From: Actinomycetota bacterium
GTDB taxonomy: Bacteria; Actinomycetota; Acidimicrobiia; Spongiisociales; UBA5794
Direction of reading: 5' to 3'
Length of the DNA stretch: 64,000 bases
Assembly: GCA_034660035.1 (NCBI GenBank)
Contig: JAYEIJ010000062.1
Span: 11,522 to 75,521 of the forward strand
Part shown: positions 46,662-55,497 of the stretch, in pieces
How the letters are laid out: the number at the start of each line of letters is the position of its first letter
How positions within the stretch are numbered: the stretch's first letter is position 1
The notes under the pieces: generated by a model
Seen by the model: the letters and a program-made list of their open reading frames with translations, nothing else
What the model was told of the DNA's origin: nothing
The model's database searches: none
Position numbers and translations under genes: made by a program

Positions 46662-47357
46662 CTAGGTCAGGGATTCTGCGAATCTTCGGAAGGCTCCTGA
46701 GGCCTGGGTGTGGATCGGTTTGGAATGGCAGAAGGCTGCGATCTCGAACTCGAATTCGGCGAGGTGGCGCAGACTGCCGTCGATTTCTGGTGTGGACCGG
46801 TTGTACCCGCGTTTCACCCTGCCATCTTTGGTAGCCCAGGCGGCGTCCCCCACAAGCAGGAGCCCGCCGTCTCGATCCAGAAGGTAGGAGGTATGTCCGG
46901 GAGTGTGTCCGGGCGTGTCGATGGCACGAAGATCTCCTGGAAGCAGTTCCTTGGCGTCTTCGGTGACGAAGTGGTCCACCTCTACGGGAGGTGCGTCCGG
47001 GAAGAAGACCGCCAACCAGAACAACGGCCGGAAATACCAGTGGGTAGGCGGTGTGGGTGGTTTCACGACTCCCTGAATCGCAGGCGTGTCTCCTTCGGAT
47101 GCATAGACGCTGGCCTTGGATGCCGCCTTGATTGCTGCAGCGCTCCCCGCGTGGTCGCCGTGGGAATGGGTGAGCAGGATCGCTCTGACATCGTCGAGAG
47201 TACGGCCGACCTCTTTCAGGTTCTGGGAGATTGCACCTTCTCTGCCACGGACCAGAGTGTCCACCAACGTCACGCCCTCATCACCATCGATGATGTACGA
47301 GTTCACTATCCCGGTGCCGAGCTGATACACGCCGTCGACAAGGAGTTCCATCCTCAT
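46662..47357 (-). CDS. MBL-fold metallo-hydrolase
   Basis: 231 aa. THSHGDHAG (HxHxDH) motif and a later GHTPGH. Confidence 0.8.
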   Translation of the reverse strand: MRMELLVDGVYQLGTGIVNSYIIDGDEGVTLVDTLVRGREGAISQNLKEVGRTLDDVRAILLTHSHGDHAGSAAAIKAASKASVYASEGDTPAIQGVVKPPTPPTHWYFRPLFWLAVFFPDAPPVEVDHFVTEDAKELLPGDLRAIDTPGHTPGHTSYLLDRDGGLLLVGDAAWATKDGRVKRGYNRSTPEIDGSLRHLAEFEFEIAAFCHSKPIHTQASGAFRRFAESLT

Positions 47358-47373
47358 TGCAGCTCCTCTTCGT

Positions 47374-48147
47374 TCACCTACCGGTTGCTTCGCTCGATGC
47401 TCCGGGTTGTGGTTGACCGCAGGTTCGCTCGACGAACTCGGGAGGCCAGGGAGCGGATGTCACCCCCTGCTTGGAGTACCGGAAGTCGCATCGGTCGCAG
47501 CCCCAGGCCAGGGTCTTGGTCCGTCGAAGTCCGGTTCCTATCCCCTCGTACTTCACATAGTCGAGGTCGCAGAGATACGGGCCGAGCTCGTCGGCCTCTT
47601 GGGCGTGGAAGAACTTGACGATGCCGCACTCGGTCGTGTCCATCCCGAAGTCGAAGGTTTCCCCGTCGCCGTCGATGCGCTCGAACACCCAGTCTCCCGG
47701 ATAGCGGCGGGCCTGCGACTTGCGAGCAGCCCTCTCCAATCGCCACCTCCTCAGCCTGGTGAAGTAGTATCTGCCGGCCCCGTGACGAACCACTCGGGGA
47801 AACCGCTCCGTCTCCGCTTGTGCCGTCCGGTGAAGCAACTCTCCGGTGTCCTCGAGACTCCCGCCGTGCCGGATGACCACCCGGTACAACGCCAGCGCCC
47901 GCGCCGCGAACGAGAGATGGCCGGATTTGCTGTTCCGCCATCCCCCGATGTACGGAACCTCGGGGATCAGACGCCGATACTCGTCCAGCATCTCCCCCCG
48001 CATCACCACCACCGTCTCCTCACCGAAACGGTCAACCAGGGCATCACCCCACCGCTCCGAGTACCGGTCGAATCTGCCTACCAGCTTCTCCATCTGCCGA
48101 CTCGAAGTCGGTGCCTTCGTCTCAGGCCGGTTCTTCTCGACCCTCAT
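47374..48147 (-). CDS. hypothetical protein, ATC-hydrolase-like (L-2-amino-thiazoline-4-carboxylate hydrolase family)
   Basis: 257 aa. Cys-rich C-terminal region (CGIVKFFHAQE...LCDLDYVKYEG...GCDRCDF). Family assignment tentative. Confidence 0.4.
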   Translation of the reverse strand: MRVEKNRPETKAPTSSRQMEKLVGRFDRYSERWGDALVDRFGEETVVVMRGEMLDEYRRLIPEVPYIGGWRNSKSGHLSFAARALALYRVVIRHGGSLEDTGELLHRTAQAETERFPRVVRHGAGRYYFTRLRRWRLERAARKSQARRYPGDWVFERIDGDGETFDFGMDTTECGIVKFFHAQEADELGPYLCDLDYVKYEGIGTGLRRTKTLAWGCDRCDFRYSKQGVTSAPWPPEFVERTCGQPQPGASSEATGR

Positions 48148-48521
48148 GGTGACCTCCTAGGATCGCCCCGCACAGACCACTCCACTCTTCAACCTCAGTC
48201 TCACTTTCCATCCCTGTCAAGGGTCACAATGGTTCTCCCGACCCTGGATCGTCGTTCCTGTGGGAATCGAGCACGCTGATGGCCGCCCGGAGCCCTCACC
48301 GCCCCACCGCTGTACCGAAGTGGATACGTCTATACCCGGTGATATGCGCAGGGAAGTGGCCCGATGGTCTGCGACGACTCCGGGAGCTGCGGTGACGCCG
48401 ATTGTCGAAGCCGGCGGGAATCTCGACCTCAGCACGAGCTCCGCGTAGCGGCATGCCTGGAGAGCCATTCGACCTTGTTGGCTCCCCTGGGCCTTCTTGG
48501 GCGTTCCGATCCGGATACTGA

Positions 48522-48554
48522 GAAACCCCGTAACCGCTATGGCTACGGGGTTTC
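48522..48554 (-). terminator. hairpin immediately 3' of tRNA-Pro
   Basis: GAAACCCCGTAACC-gctat-GGCTACGGGGTTTC. Stem of 13 with one mismatch. Shares the GTAACCG core with the 44521 hairpin. Confidence 0.45.
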
Positions 48555-48560
48555 TACTCG

Positions 48561-48634
48561 TCGGGCTGGCCGGATTTGAACCGGCGACCTCTTGACCCCC
48601 AGTCAAGCGCGCTGCCATGCTGCGCCACAGCCCG
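48561..48634 (-). tRNA. tRNA-Pro (anticodon GGG)
   Basis: Reverse-complement CGGGCTGTGGCGCAGCATGGCAGCGCGCTTGACTGGGGGTCAAGAGGTCGCCGGTTCAAATCCGGCCAGCCCGA. 7-bp acceptor stem, D arm GCGC/GCGC, anticodon stem CTTGA/TCAAG with loop CTGGGGG, T arm GCCGG-TTCAAAT-CCGGC. No encoded CCA. Ends +-1. Confidence 0.8.
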
Positions 48635-48685
48635 GACTACGGCATCCTACCGTCGGCTTCGAAGAAGCCTCCGGAGGAGTCTCGC

Positions 48686-49264
48686 CTACTCTTCGGTTTC
48701 GAACTCTTCAACGGCGATCGCAGCCGCATCGGGGATACCGTCACCGTCGAGATCCACTGCAACGGCCTCAGCCACCACGGCCTCGACGTGATCGAGGGAT
48801 CCGTCACCGTCGAGGTCGATACCGGCCGCTTCGACCACGACCGTCTCCGCAACGTCCGGGAGTCCGTCCCCCGTCGTGTCATAGGCAACCGTCGTTGTCT
48901 CGGTGATCTCGATCGAGTCGGGCGTCCCGTCACCGTCGAGGTCCATGACGACCTGCTCGGTCACGACTCGCGTGCCGACGTCCGGTACGCCGTCGCCATC
49001 CACGTCAACCACGGTCTCAACGATCGTGGTCGTCTCGACGATGTCGGGAACTCCGTCTCCGTCGACATCGATCTCACGCACCTCGGTGCTGGTTACCGCG
49101 ACTCCGTCGGCGATCCCGTCGCCGTCGACGTCGATCTCGGAGGCCACTACGTCTGACATGACGATGCCGTCATCGGTCACACCGATCGTGATCTCTTCCA
49201 CTACGTCTTCGACGGCGATTTCTTCTTCGATCGTCTCGGACGCGTCATCGAATGTGGACTCCAT
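48686..49264 (-). CDS. hyper-acidic repeat protein with seven DxDGDGxPD (EF-hand-loop / thrombospondin-type-3-like) calcium-binding repeats
   Basis: 192 aa. Seven repeats of ~21 aa: DVDGDGIAD, DVDGDGVPDIVE, DVDGDGVPD, DLDGDGTPDSIE, DTTGDGLPDVAE, DLDGDGSLDHVE, DLDGDGIPD. No signal peptide. Very high Asp/Glu/Val/Thr content. Confidence 0.6.
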   Translation of the reverse strand: MESTFDDASETIEEEIAVEDVVEEITIGVTDDGIVMSDVVASEIDVDGDGIADGVAVTSTEVREIDVDGDGVPDIVETTTIVETVVDVDGDGVPDVGTRVVTEQVVMDLDGDGTPDSIEITETTTVAYDTTGDGLPDVAETVVVEAAGIDLDGDGSLDHVEAVVAEAVAVDLDGDGIPDAAAIAVEEFETEE

Positions 49265-49412
49265 CGGGTTACCTCTGTGGTTGGGAAACCGCAGCGTACC
49301 CGTGTGGTGGCGCCCATGTCACCGATGACCCACGTTGCGGGCGCATGATTCGATAGGATTGCCCGATGCACGTTCGTCCACGGCAAGCCACCGCACCTCC
49401 GCGGACACTCCC

Positions 49413-51068
49413 ATGACCGAATCCCCCGACTGGTTCACCCTCGTCATGGGGCTGACCGGTGGCCTGGCGATCTTCCTGATCGGCATGGATCGAACGGTCA
49501 GCGGGCTGAAGGGCATCGCGGGCAATCGCCTCCGATGGATCTTGTCTCATCTCACCGGGAACCGATGGTTCGGCGCAGCGACCGGCGCCGGGATCACCGC
49601 AATCATCCAGTCATCCAGCATCACGACCGTCGTCGTCGTGGGCCTTGTCTCTGCCAAGGCGATGACACTGACTCAATCGGTCGGAGTGATCTTCGGGGCG
49701 AACGTCGGCACGACGATCACGGCGCAGATCATCGCATTCAAGGTGACCAAGTACGCTCTCGCCGCGGTCGCTATCGGTTTCGCCATCGAGTTCTTCTCTC
49801 GATCGGAACTCGCCGAGCGCATCGGAAGAACCGTCCTGGGTCTCGGGTTGGTCTTCTTCGGCATGGCCGTGATGGGCCTCGCCATGGAACCCCTCACCGA
49901 GTACCAGCCCTTCCTCGATGCGATGGCAGCGATCTCGAACGTCTGGATCGGCGTCCTCATCGGTGCGGTCTTCACGGCCCTCATCCAGTCTTCGTCGGCG
50001 ACGACCGCCATCGTCATCGCCATGGCCGCGACCAACTTGATCTCACTCGAACTCGCCATCGCCTTCGTGCTCGGTGCCAACGTGGGCACCTCGGTCACCG
50101 CCCAACTCGCAGCCATCGGAAAGCCGGTCGAGGCGAAGCGAGTCGCGATGGTTCACACGCTCTTCAATGTGATCGGCGTCGTGATCTGGATACCGTTCGT
50201 ACCGTTCCTCGCCTCGGTAGCGATCCGCCTCTCCCCCGCCGGCGACGTGGCCCGGCAGGTTGCGTGGGCACACACGACGTTCAACGTGGCCAACCTCTTC
50301 ATCTTCATCTGGTTCACGACATGGTTCGCCAAGGCGGCGACCTTCCTCGTGAAAGACCGGAAAGCGGCAGATACCCCCGTCATCGAAGCCCGGTATCTCA
50401 GCGTGGAGTTGCTCGCGACGCCCTCCATCGCCCTCGATCGTGCCCGCATGGAGATCGCTCGGATGGGTACCCGGGTCCGCGACATGGTGATCGCAGGCGT
50501 ACCGGCAGCGGTTTCCGGCACAGAAACCGATCTCGCTGCCGTGGAAGCTTCCGACGACGAAGTGGACGAGCTTCACGCTCAGGTCGTGGCCTACCTCGGT
50601 CGTATCTCCGAACGCGATATCACCCGGGAACAGACCAACGAGCTCCTCGGACTCCTCGAGGCGGCGGGAGACATGGAGGCCATCGGCGATGCCGTGGAGA
50701 TCAACCTCGTCTCCGACGGCAGGCGCCGCCTGGAAGCGGGTCTCATGATCTCTCCCTCAACGGCCGCTGTCATCAACGACATCGCCACCGAGGTCATTAC
50801 GGCTGTCGACATCGCCGTGGGGGCCGTCGGTCGCAGCAGTCCGGAGGCCGCGCGTCGGGCGATCGACATGAAGCCCGAGATCACCGCCCGAACGACCCAC
50901 GCGATCGAGTACCAGCTCGAACGGCTGACGGCCGACGAGCCCGATCGCGTCGAGGCGTACCGCATCGAGTCGGACATCATCGAGGACCTGAAGCGCATCT
51001 ACTACTACGCGAAGCGGGCCGCCCGAGTCGGTGTTCCCGATGAGCAACCAACAGAGTCCCCCGAGTAG
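49413..51068 (+). CDS. Na+/phosphate cotransporter family protein (NptA-like) with C-terminal PhoU-like domains
   Basis: ORF 49335.., ATG 49413 (MTESPDWFTLVMGLTGG...). Duplicated Na_Pi_cotrans motifs (QSSSITT, QSSSATT). Soluble helical C-terminal domain. Confidence 0.85.
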   Translation: MTESPDWFTLVMGLTGGLAIFLIGMDRTVSGLKGIAGNRLRWILSHLTGNRWFGAATGAGITAIIQSSSITTVVVVGLVSAKAMTLTQSVGVIFGANVGTTITAQIIAFKVTKYALAAVAIGFAIEFFSRSELAERIGRTVLGLGLVFFGMAVMGLAMEPLTEYQPFLDAMAAISNVWIGVLIGAVFTALIQSSSATTAIVIAMAATNLISLELAIAFVLGANVGTSVTAQLAAIGKPVEAKRVAMVHTLFNVIGVVIWIPFVPFLASVAIRLSPAGDVARQVAWAHTTFNVANLFIFIWFTTWFAKAATFLVKDRKAADTPVIEARYLSVELLATPSIALDRARMEIARMGTRVRDMVIAGVPAAVSGTETDLAAVEASDDEVDELHAQVVAYLGRISERDITREQTNELLGLLEAAGDMEAIGDAVEINLVSDGRRRLEAGLMISPSTAAVINDIATEVITAVDIAVGAVGRSSPEAARRAIDMKPEITARTTHAIEYQLERLTADEPDRVEAYRIESDIIEDLKRIYYYAKRAARVGVPDEQPTESPE

Positions 51069-51074
51069 GTCCTT

Positions 51075-51230
51075 CTACCCCGAGATCCACCCGATGAGCG
51101 CCCCGATCCCCTGGATGAGTCTCCAACCGAGGTAGAGGGCCGTGAGGCCGATGAGCAGCATGAATCCGATCGGCCAGCGCTGCTGCTCGGCGTCCCGGTC
51201 CGTGTCGTCCGCCGTTCGCTCTTCGGTCAT
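51075..51230 (-). CDS. small membrane peptide (51 aa) translationally coupled to the carboxyltransferase
   Basis: MTEERTADDTDRDAEQQRWPIGFMLLIGLTALYLGWRLIQGIGALIGWISG. The ATG overlaps the accD-like TGA (gtATGAcc). It is the C-terminal part of track ORF 51075..51740, in the same frame. Confidence 0.35.
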   Translation of the reverse strand: MTEERTADDTDRDAEQQRWPIGFMLLIGLTALYLGWRLIQGIGALIGWISG

Positions 51231-52759
51231 ACGGGCGGGATGCCGTGGCGCCGTTCCGAGAAGCTCCGGTCCTTTCGTGCGGCGTATCGGAGCCGGGCGA
51301 TGATCTCCCGACGCAGTTCCTCCGGCTGGATGACCGCATCGATGACGTTCTCCGAGGCGAGTCTCAGCAGATCGACGTCCGCGGAGTACTCCGCGCGGCG
51401 TTCCTCGACGAACGCCTCCCTCTCGTCTTCCGGTAGCGACTCGATCTTGTTGAAGTACACGGCGTTGATGGCCGCTTCCGGCCCCATGACGGCGATCTCC
51501 GCTGTCGGAAGTGCCAGGGTGGCGTCCGGACGGAATCCCGGTCCTGAGAACGCATAGAGGCCCGCCCCGTACGCCTTGCGCACGATGACCGAGATCCTGG
51601 GAACCGTCGCCTCGGCGATCGCAGTGAGCATCTTGGCGCCGGCACGAATGATGCCTTCTCGCTCGACCTTCGTGCCGATCATGAAGCCGGGAACATCCGC
51701 GAAGAAGAGCAGCGGGATGTTCATTGCGTCGCACAGCCACATGAAGCGGGCCGCCTTATCCGCTGAGTCCACGAACAGTACGCCACCGAGATGCTTCGGC
51801 TGCGACGCAACGATCCCGACGGGCTTTCCGTCGAGCAGCGCGAACGCGGTGATCACCTCCGGGGCGAACAGCTCCTTGACCTGGAAGAGCGACCTCGCAT
51901 CGACGATCCCCTTCAAGAAGTCAAGCATGTCGTAACCGGCCTTCGGATCCTCCGGAAGCGTCTCGGCCGGTCGGAATCCTTCCTCCGGGGACTCCGGGGC
52001 GTACACCGGAGGGAGAACCCGGGTGTGGTCGGCGACGTAGCTGAAGTAGTGCTGGGCCCAGGAGATCGCTTCTTCGTCGCTCGACACGAGGGCATCTCCG
52101 CAGCCGGAGGTCTCGCAGTGCATTCGTGCACCGCCCATCGCTTCGAGCGTCGTCTCCTCGCCGATGACCATCTGCGCCATGCGAGGCGAACCGAGGTACA
52201 TCGACGCGCGCCCCTCGACCATCACGACGACGTCGCAGAACGATGGGATGTACGCGCCGCCCGCAGCGGACGGTCCGAAGAGGCAACACACCTGGGGGAC
52301 GCGCCCGGAGAGACGGATCTGGTTGTAGAAGATCTTCCCTGCTCCCCGTCGTCCGGGGAAAAGATCGACCTGGTCGGTGATGCGTGCTCCTGCGGAGTCC
52401 ACGAGGAAGAAGACCGGCAGAAGCTCGTCATAGGCTGCCTCGAGGGCGCGGATGATCTTCTCGACGGTCAGACGCCCCCAACTCCCGGCTTTCACGGTTG
52501 GGTCGTTGGCGATGACCATGATGGGGCGTCCGTCGATCGTTCCACGACCGGTCACCACCGCATCGGCTCCATGGCCTTCAGTGGCGGCGTTGGCGAGCAG
52601 ACCATCCTCGACGAACGACCCCGGATCGCACAGCAGATCGACTCTGTCGCGGACGAAGAGCTTCCCACGCTCCTTCAGTATCTCGTGGTACTTCTCCGGG
52701 CCGCCTGTTGCAGCCCGATCGGTTTCTGCATGGAAGCGATCGCTCAAGGATCCGGTCAC
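51227..52759 (-). CDS. acyl-CoA carboxylase carboxyltransferase (beta) subunit (propionyl-CoA carboxylase beta-like)
   Basis: 510 aa. Duplicated crotonase-like carboxyl-transferase domains (VVTGRGTIDGRPIMVIANDPTVKAGSWG, FADVPGFMIGTKVEREGIIRAGAKM). Confidence 0.9.
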   Translation of the reverse strand: MTGSLSDRFHAETDRAATGGPEKYHEILKERGKLFVRDRVDLLCDPGSFVEDGLLANAATEGHGADAVVTGRGTIDGRPIMVIANDPTVKAGSWGRLTVEKIIRALEAAYDELLPVFFLVDSAGARITDQVDLFPGRRGAGKIFYNQIRLSGRVPQVCCLFGPSAAGGAYIPSFCDVVVMVEGRASMYLGSPRMAQMVIGEETTLEAMGGARMHCETSGCGDALVSSDEEAISWAQHYFSYVADHTRVLPPVYAPESPEEGFRPAETLPEDPKAGYDMLDFLKGIVDARSLFQVKELFAPEVITAFALLDGKPVGIVASQPKHLGGVLFVDSADKAARFMWLCDAMNIPLLFFADVPGFMIGTKVEREGIIRAGAKMLTAIAEATVPRISVIVRKAYGAGLYAFSGPGFRPDATLALPTAEIAVMGPEAAINAVYFNKIESLPEDEREAFVEERRAEYSADVDLLRLASENVIDAVIQPEELRREIIARLRYAARKDRSFSERRHGIPPV

Positions 52760-54075
52760 GACTCCCTCCTTTGACGCTTGCGGACCACGACCCGAACGGG
52801 TGTCCCGGTGAAGTCGTATGTCTCCCGCAATCGACGCTCGATGAACCGAAGATAGTCAGGTGCCAGATCGCCGCCGCGCACGAAAAGGATGAACGTTGGA
52901 GGATCGGTCTCGGCCTGAACGGCGTAGAGGATGTGAGGCCGTTTGTTCTTCCGAACGGGAGGCGGATGCGCCTCCTGCCATGTGCGGACGAGCCGATTCA
53001 GTTCCGGCGTGGGAACCCGGCGACGCCGGTTCTCGAGCACCGATCGCACAGCTGCGGGCAGGCGGACGAGCCGCGATCCGGTCTCCGCCGATACCCTGAG
53101 GATCGGCGCCCAGGCGACGAACGCGAGTCGATCCGCGACCGAGTCCTCCGTGTGGAGACGTTCGTCCTCATTGCGGATGTCCCACTTGTTCAACACGAGG
53201 ATCAGCCCCACACCGGCGCCGACGATCTCCTCAGCGAGGCGTTGCTCCTGGTGGGTTGCTCCTCGCGTCCCGTCGATCATCAAGAGAGCGACGTCGGCCT
53301 GGCTGAGCACGCTCCTGGCCCTCATCACCGCGTACTTCTCTACGTCGTCGGTGATCTTCGTCCTGCGCTTGATCCCTGCCGTGTCGATGACCTCGAACGG
53401 TTCGCCGTCGAGTTCCACCACGAAGTTGATCGGGTCACGTGTCGTGCCGGGCACGTCTGAGACCAGGACCCGATCTTCGCCGGCGAGACGATTCAAGAGC
53501 GTTGACTTGCCCACGTTGGGTCGTCCGATGATCGCAAGACTGGCGATCACCGTGTCTGCCACGGCGTCTCCAAGATCCGGCAGCGTTTCAACGAGACGGT
53601 CGAGAAACTCTCCCGTGTTGCGTCCGTGCAGGGCCGAGATCGGCATCGGTTCGCCGAGACCGAGTGACCAGAGGTGAGCGAGATCCAGTTCAACGGCGGG
53701 GCCGTCCACCTTGTTCGCAACGAACAGGTACGGGACGCCGCTGCGCTGCAGGATCCGGGCGACACCGATATCGTCGTCGGTCACCTCAGATGTGCCGTCG
53801 GTCACGAAAACGACGACGTCAGCACCACCGACCGCTATCTCCGCCTGTTCGCGGATGTCGGCGGTCAGTCGCTCGCCCGGCCTGGACTCCCAGCCACCTG
53901 TGTCGACAACGGTGAAATCCCGGCCGCTCCAGTCGGCGCTGAACTCCCTCCGATCGCGTGTTACACCGGCCTGCTCGTCCACGACCGCGGCCTTGTAGCG
54001 CACGATGCGGTTCACGAGCGTCGATTTGCCGACGTTCGGGCGCCCAAGGATGACCACGACGGGGAGTCGACTCAT
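52756..54075 (-). CDS. der: ribosome-biogenesis GTPase Der (EngA), tandem GTPase domains
   Basis: 439 aa. Two P-loops (GRPNVGKST x2) and DTGG/DTAG motifs. KH-like C-terminus. Confidence 0.9.
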   Translation of the reverse strand: MSRLPVVVILGRPNVGKSTLVNRIVRYKAAVVDEQAGVTRDRREFSADWSGRDFTVVDTGGWESRPGERLTADIREQAEIAVGGADVVVFVTDGTSEVTDDDIGVARILQRSGVPYLFVANKVDGPAVELDLAHLWSLGLGEPMPISALHGRNTGEFLDRLVETLPDLGDAVADTVIASLAIIGRPNVGKSTLLNRLAGEDRVLVSDVPGTTRDPINFVVELDGEPFEVIDTAGIKRRTKITDDVEKYAVMRARSVLSQADVALLMIDGTRGATHQEQRLAEEIVGAGVGLILVLNKWDIRNEDERLHTEDSVADRLAFVAWAPILRVSAETGSRLVRLPAAVRSVLENRRRRVPTPELNRLVRTWQEAHPPPVRKNKRPHILYAVQAETDPPTFILFVRGGDLAPDYLRFIERRLRETYDFTGTPVRVVVRKRQRRES

Positions 54076-55454
54076 GCCGCTGCTCCTTCGATGAGGCCCC
54101 GGCCTGTTGCCGGGGTGACGATGACCGGGACCGGACTTGCTTCCCTGAGATCCTCGAGCGATGTGTCGTCGAGGAAGACGTCCCCCGACAGCGCAACGTC
54201 GGGGAGAAGGTATCGGGCAACCGACTCATTATCGCTCTCGATGGCATGCTTCAGGTCGGAGCCGACCAGAAGTCCGGCGACCGCTGTGTTCCCCCCGAAG
54301 AAATGATTCTTGACCTCGACAAGCCGTAGCGAGCGTCCACTGAGACGTTCCAGTTGCGGCAGCAACGGTTCCAGTGCTGCCGCGCCGTAGGTTCCCGTGA
54401 GGATGCCGACGGGGCCTTCGTGCGCCGCAGGATCCGAACCGGTGTGGCGAGGCGCCCGGTACCCCTCGCCCGGGGCAGATGGGATCGTTCTCCATTCCCC
54501 CGTGACGATCGGAGAAGATGTCGCTCCCCCGGTCGAGAGGGTGACGATCTCATCGGTGAAGGTTCGAACCATGCCGATTCCGTTCTCGTGCTGCGGGAAG
54601 TCCTCGTAAGCGTTCCGGGGCGGGACCTCGCGTCCCGCAACCAGATAGAGCTCATCCGAGGCGAAGAACATGCGTCTCCCGAGTCTGCGCATCGCCTCAT
54701 CCTGCCAGAAGTGGATGGTGTCCAGATCGGCATCGGCTTCTTCGACCGAGTGCACGCGGAGGTTCCGCTCGGTGTTGTAGCGGGACAGGCCGAGAGGCAC
54801 GATCCCCACAGACGCGAGTTCCGGGTAGCGGGCCAGGATCTCTGCTGCGGTTCGTTCAAGTGTGGCGCCGTCGTTGATACCCGGACAGAGCACGATCTGC
54901 CCGTGCACGGTGACCCCGTGTTCCAGGAGCGCTCTCAACCATCGGAGAGACGTCGCTCCTCGTGGGTTGCGCAGCATCCCTGTTCTCACCTCGGGATCGG
55001 TGGCGTGGATCGAGACGTAGAGAGGGCCAAGGCGCTCTTCGACGACGCGCGCAAGGTCGAGTTCCGTGAATCGGGTCAGCGTCGTGAAGTTCCCGTAGAG
55101 AAAGGACAGCCGGTAGTCGTCGTCCTTGAGATACAGCGACTCACGCATCCCCGGGGGAAGCTGATAGATGAAACAGAACTCGCAATGGTTGTCGCACGTC
55201 TGAACCCGATCGAAGATCGATGACGAGAGACGGATGCCCAGAGGCTCACCCGCGATCTTGTCGAGGCGAACGGTACGATCACCCTTCTCTCCACGGATCG
55301 TGACTTCGGGGTCCGCGTCGTCGATGAGTTGTTGGTACTCGATCACGTCGGACGGGACGATCCCGTTCACCGCGATGAGTTCATCACCGATCGACAGCCC
55401 CGCCTCAGCGGCCGGGCTGTCTCCAACGATCTCGATCACAGTGGGATTGGACAT
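54072..55454 (-). CDS. DUF512 domain protein (PDZ + radical-SAM-like)
   Basis: ORF 54072..55574, trimmed to ATG 55454 (MSNPTVIEIVGDSPAAEAGL...). N-terminal PDZ, Cys cluster CDNHCEFCF. Often encoded next to der. Confidence 0.75.
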   Translation of the reverse strand: MSNPTVIEIVGDSPAAEAGLSIGDELIAVNGIVPSDVIEYQQLIDDADPEVTIRGEKGDRTVRLDKIAGEPLGIRLSSSIFDRVQTCDNHCEFCFIYQLPPGMRESLYLKDDDYRLSFLYGNFTTLTRFTELDLARVVEERLGPLYVSIHATDPEVRTGMLRNPRGATSLRWLRALLEHGVTVHGQIVLCPGINDGATLERTAAEILARYPELASVGIVPLGLSRYNTERNLRVHSVEEADADLDTIHFWQDEAMRRLGRRMFFASDELYLVAGREVPPRNAYEDFPQHENGIGMVRTFTDEIVTLSTGGATSSPIVTGEWRTIPSAPGEGYRAPRHTGSDPAAHEGPVGILTGTYGAAALEPLLPQLERLSGRSLRLVEVKNHFFGGNTAVAGLLVGSDLKHAIESDNESVARYLLPDVALSGDVFLDDTSLEDLREASPVPVIVTPATGRGLIEGAAA

Positions 55455-55497
55455 CGCCGCCGATGGTACCCGTCCGATCTGCAGACCCGACGCCCCT

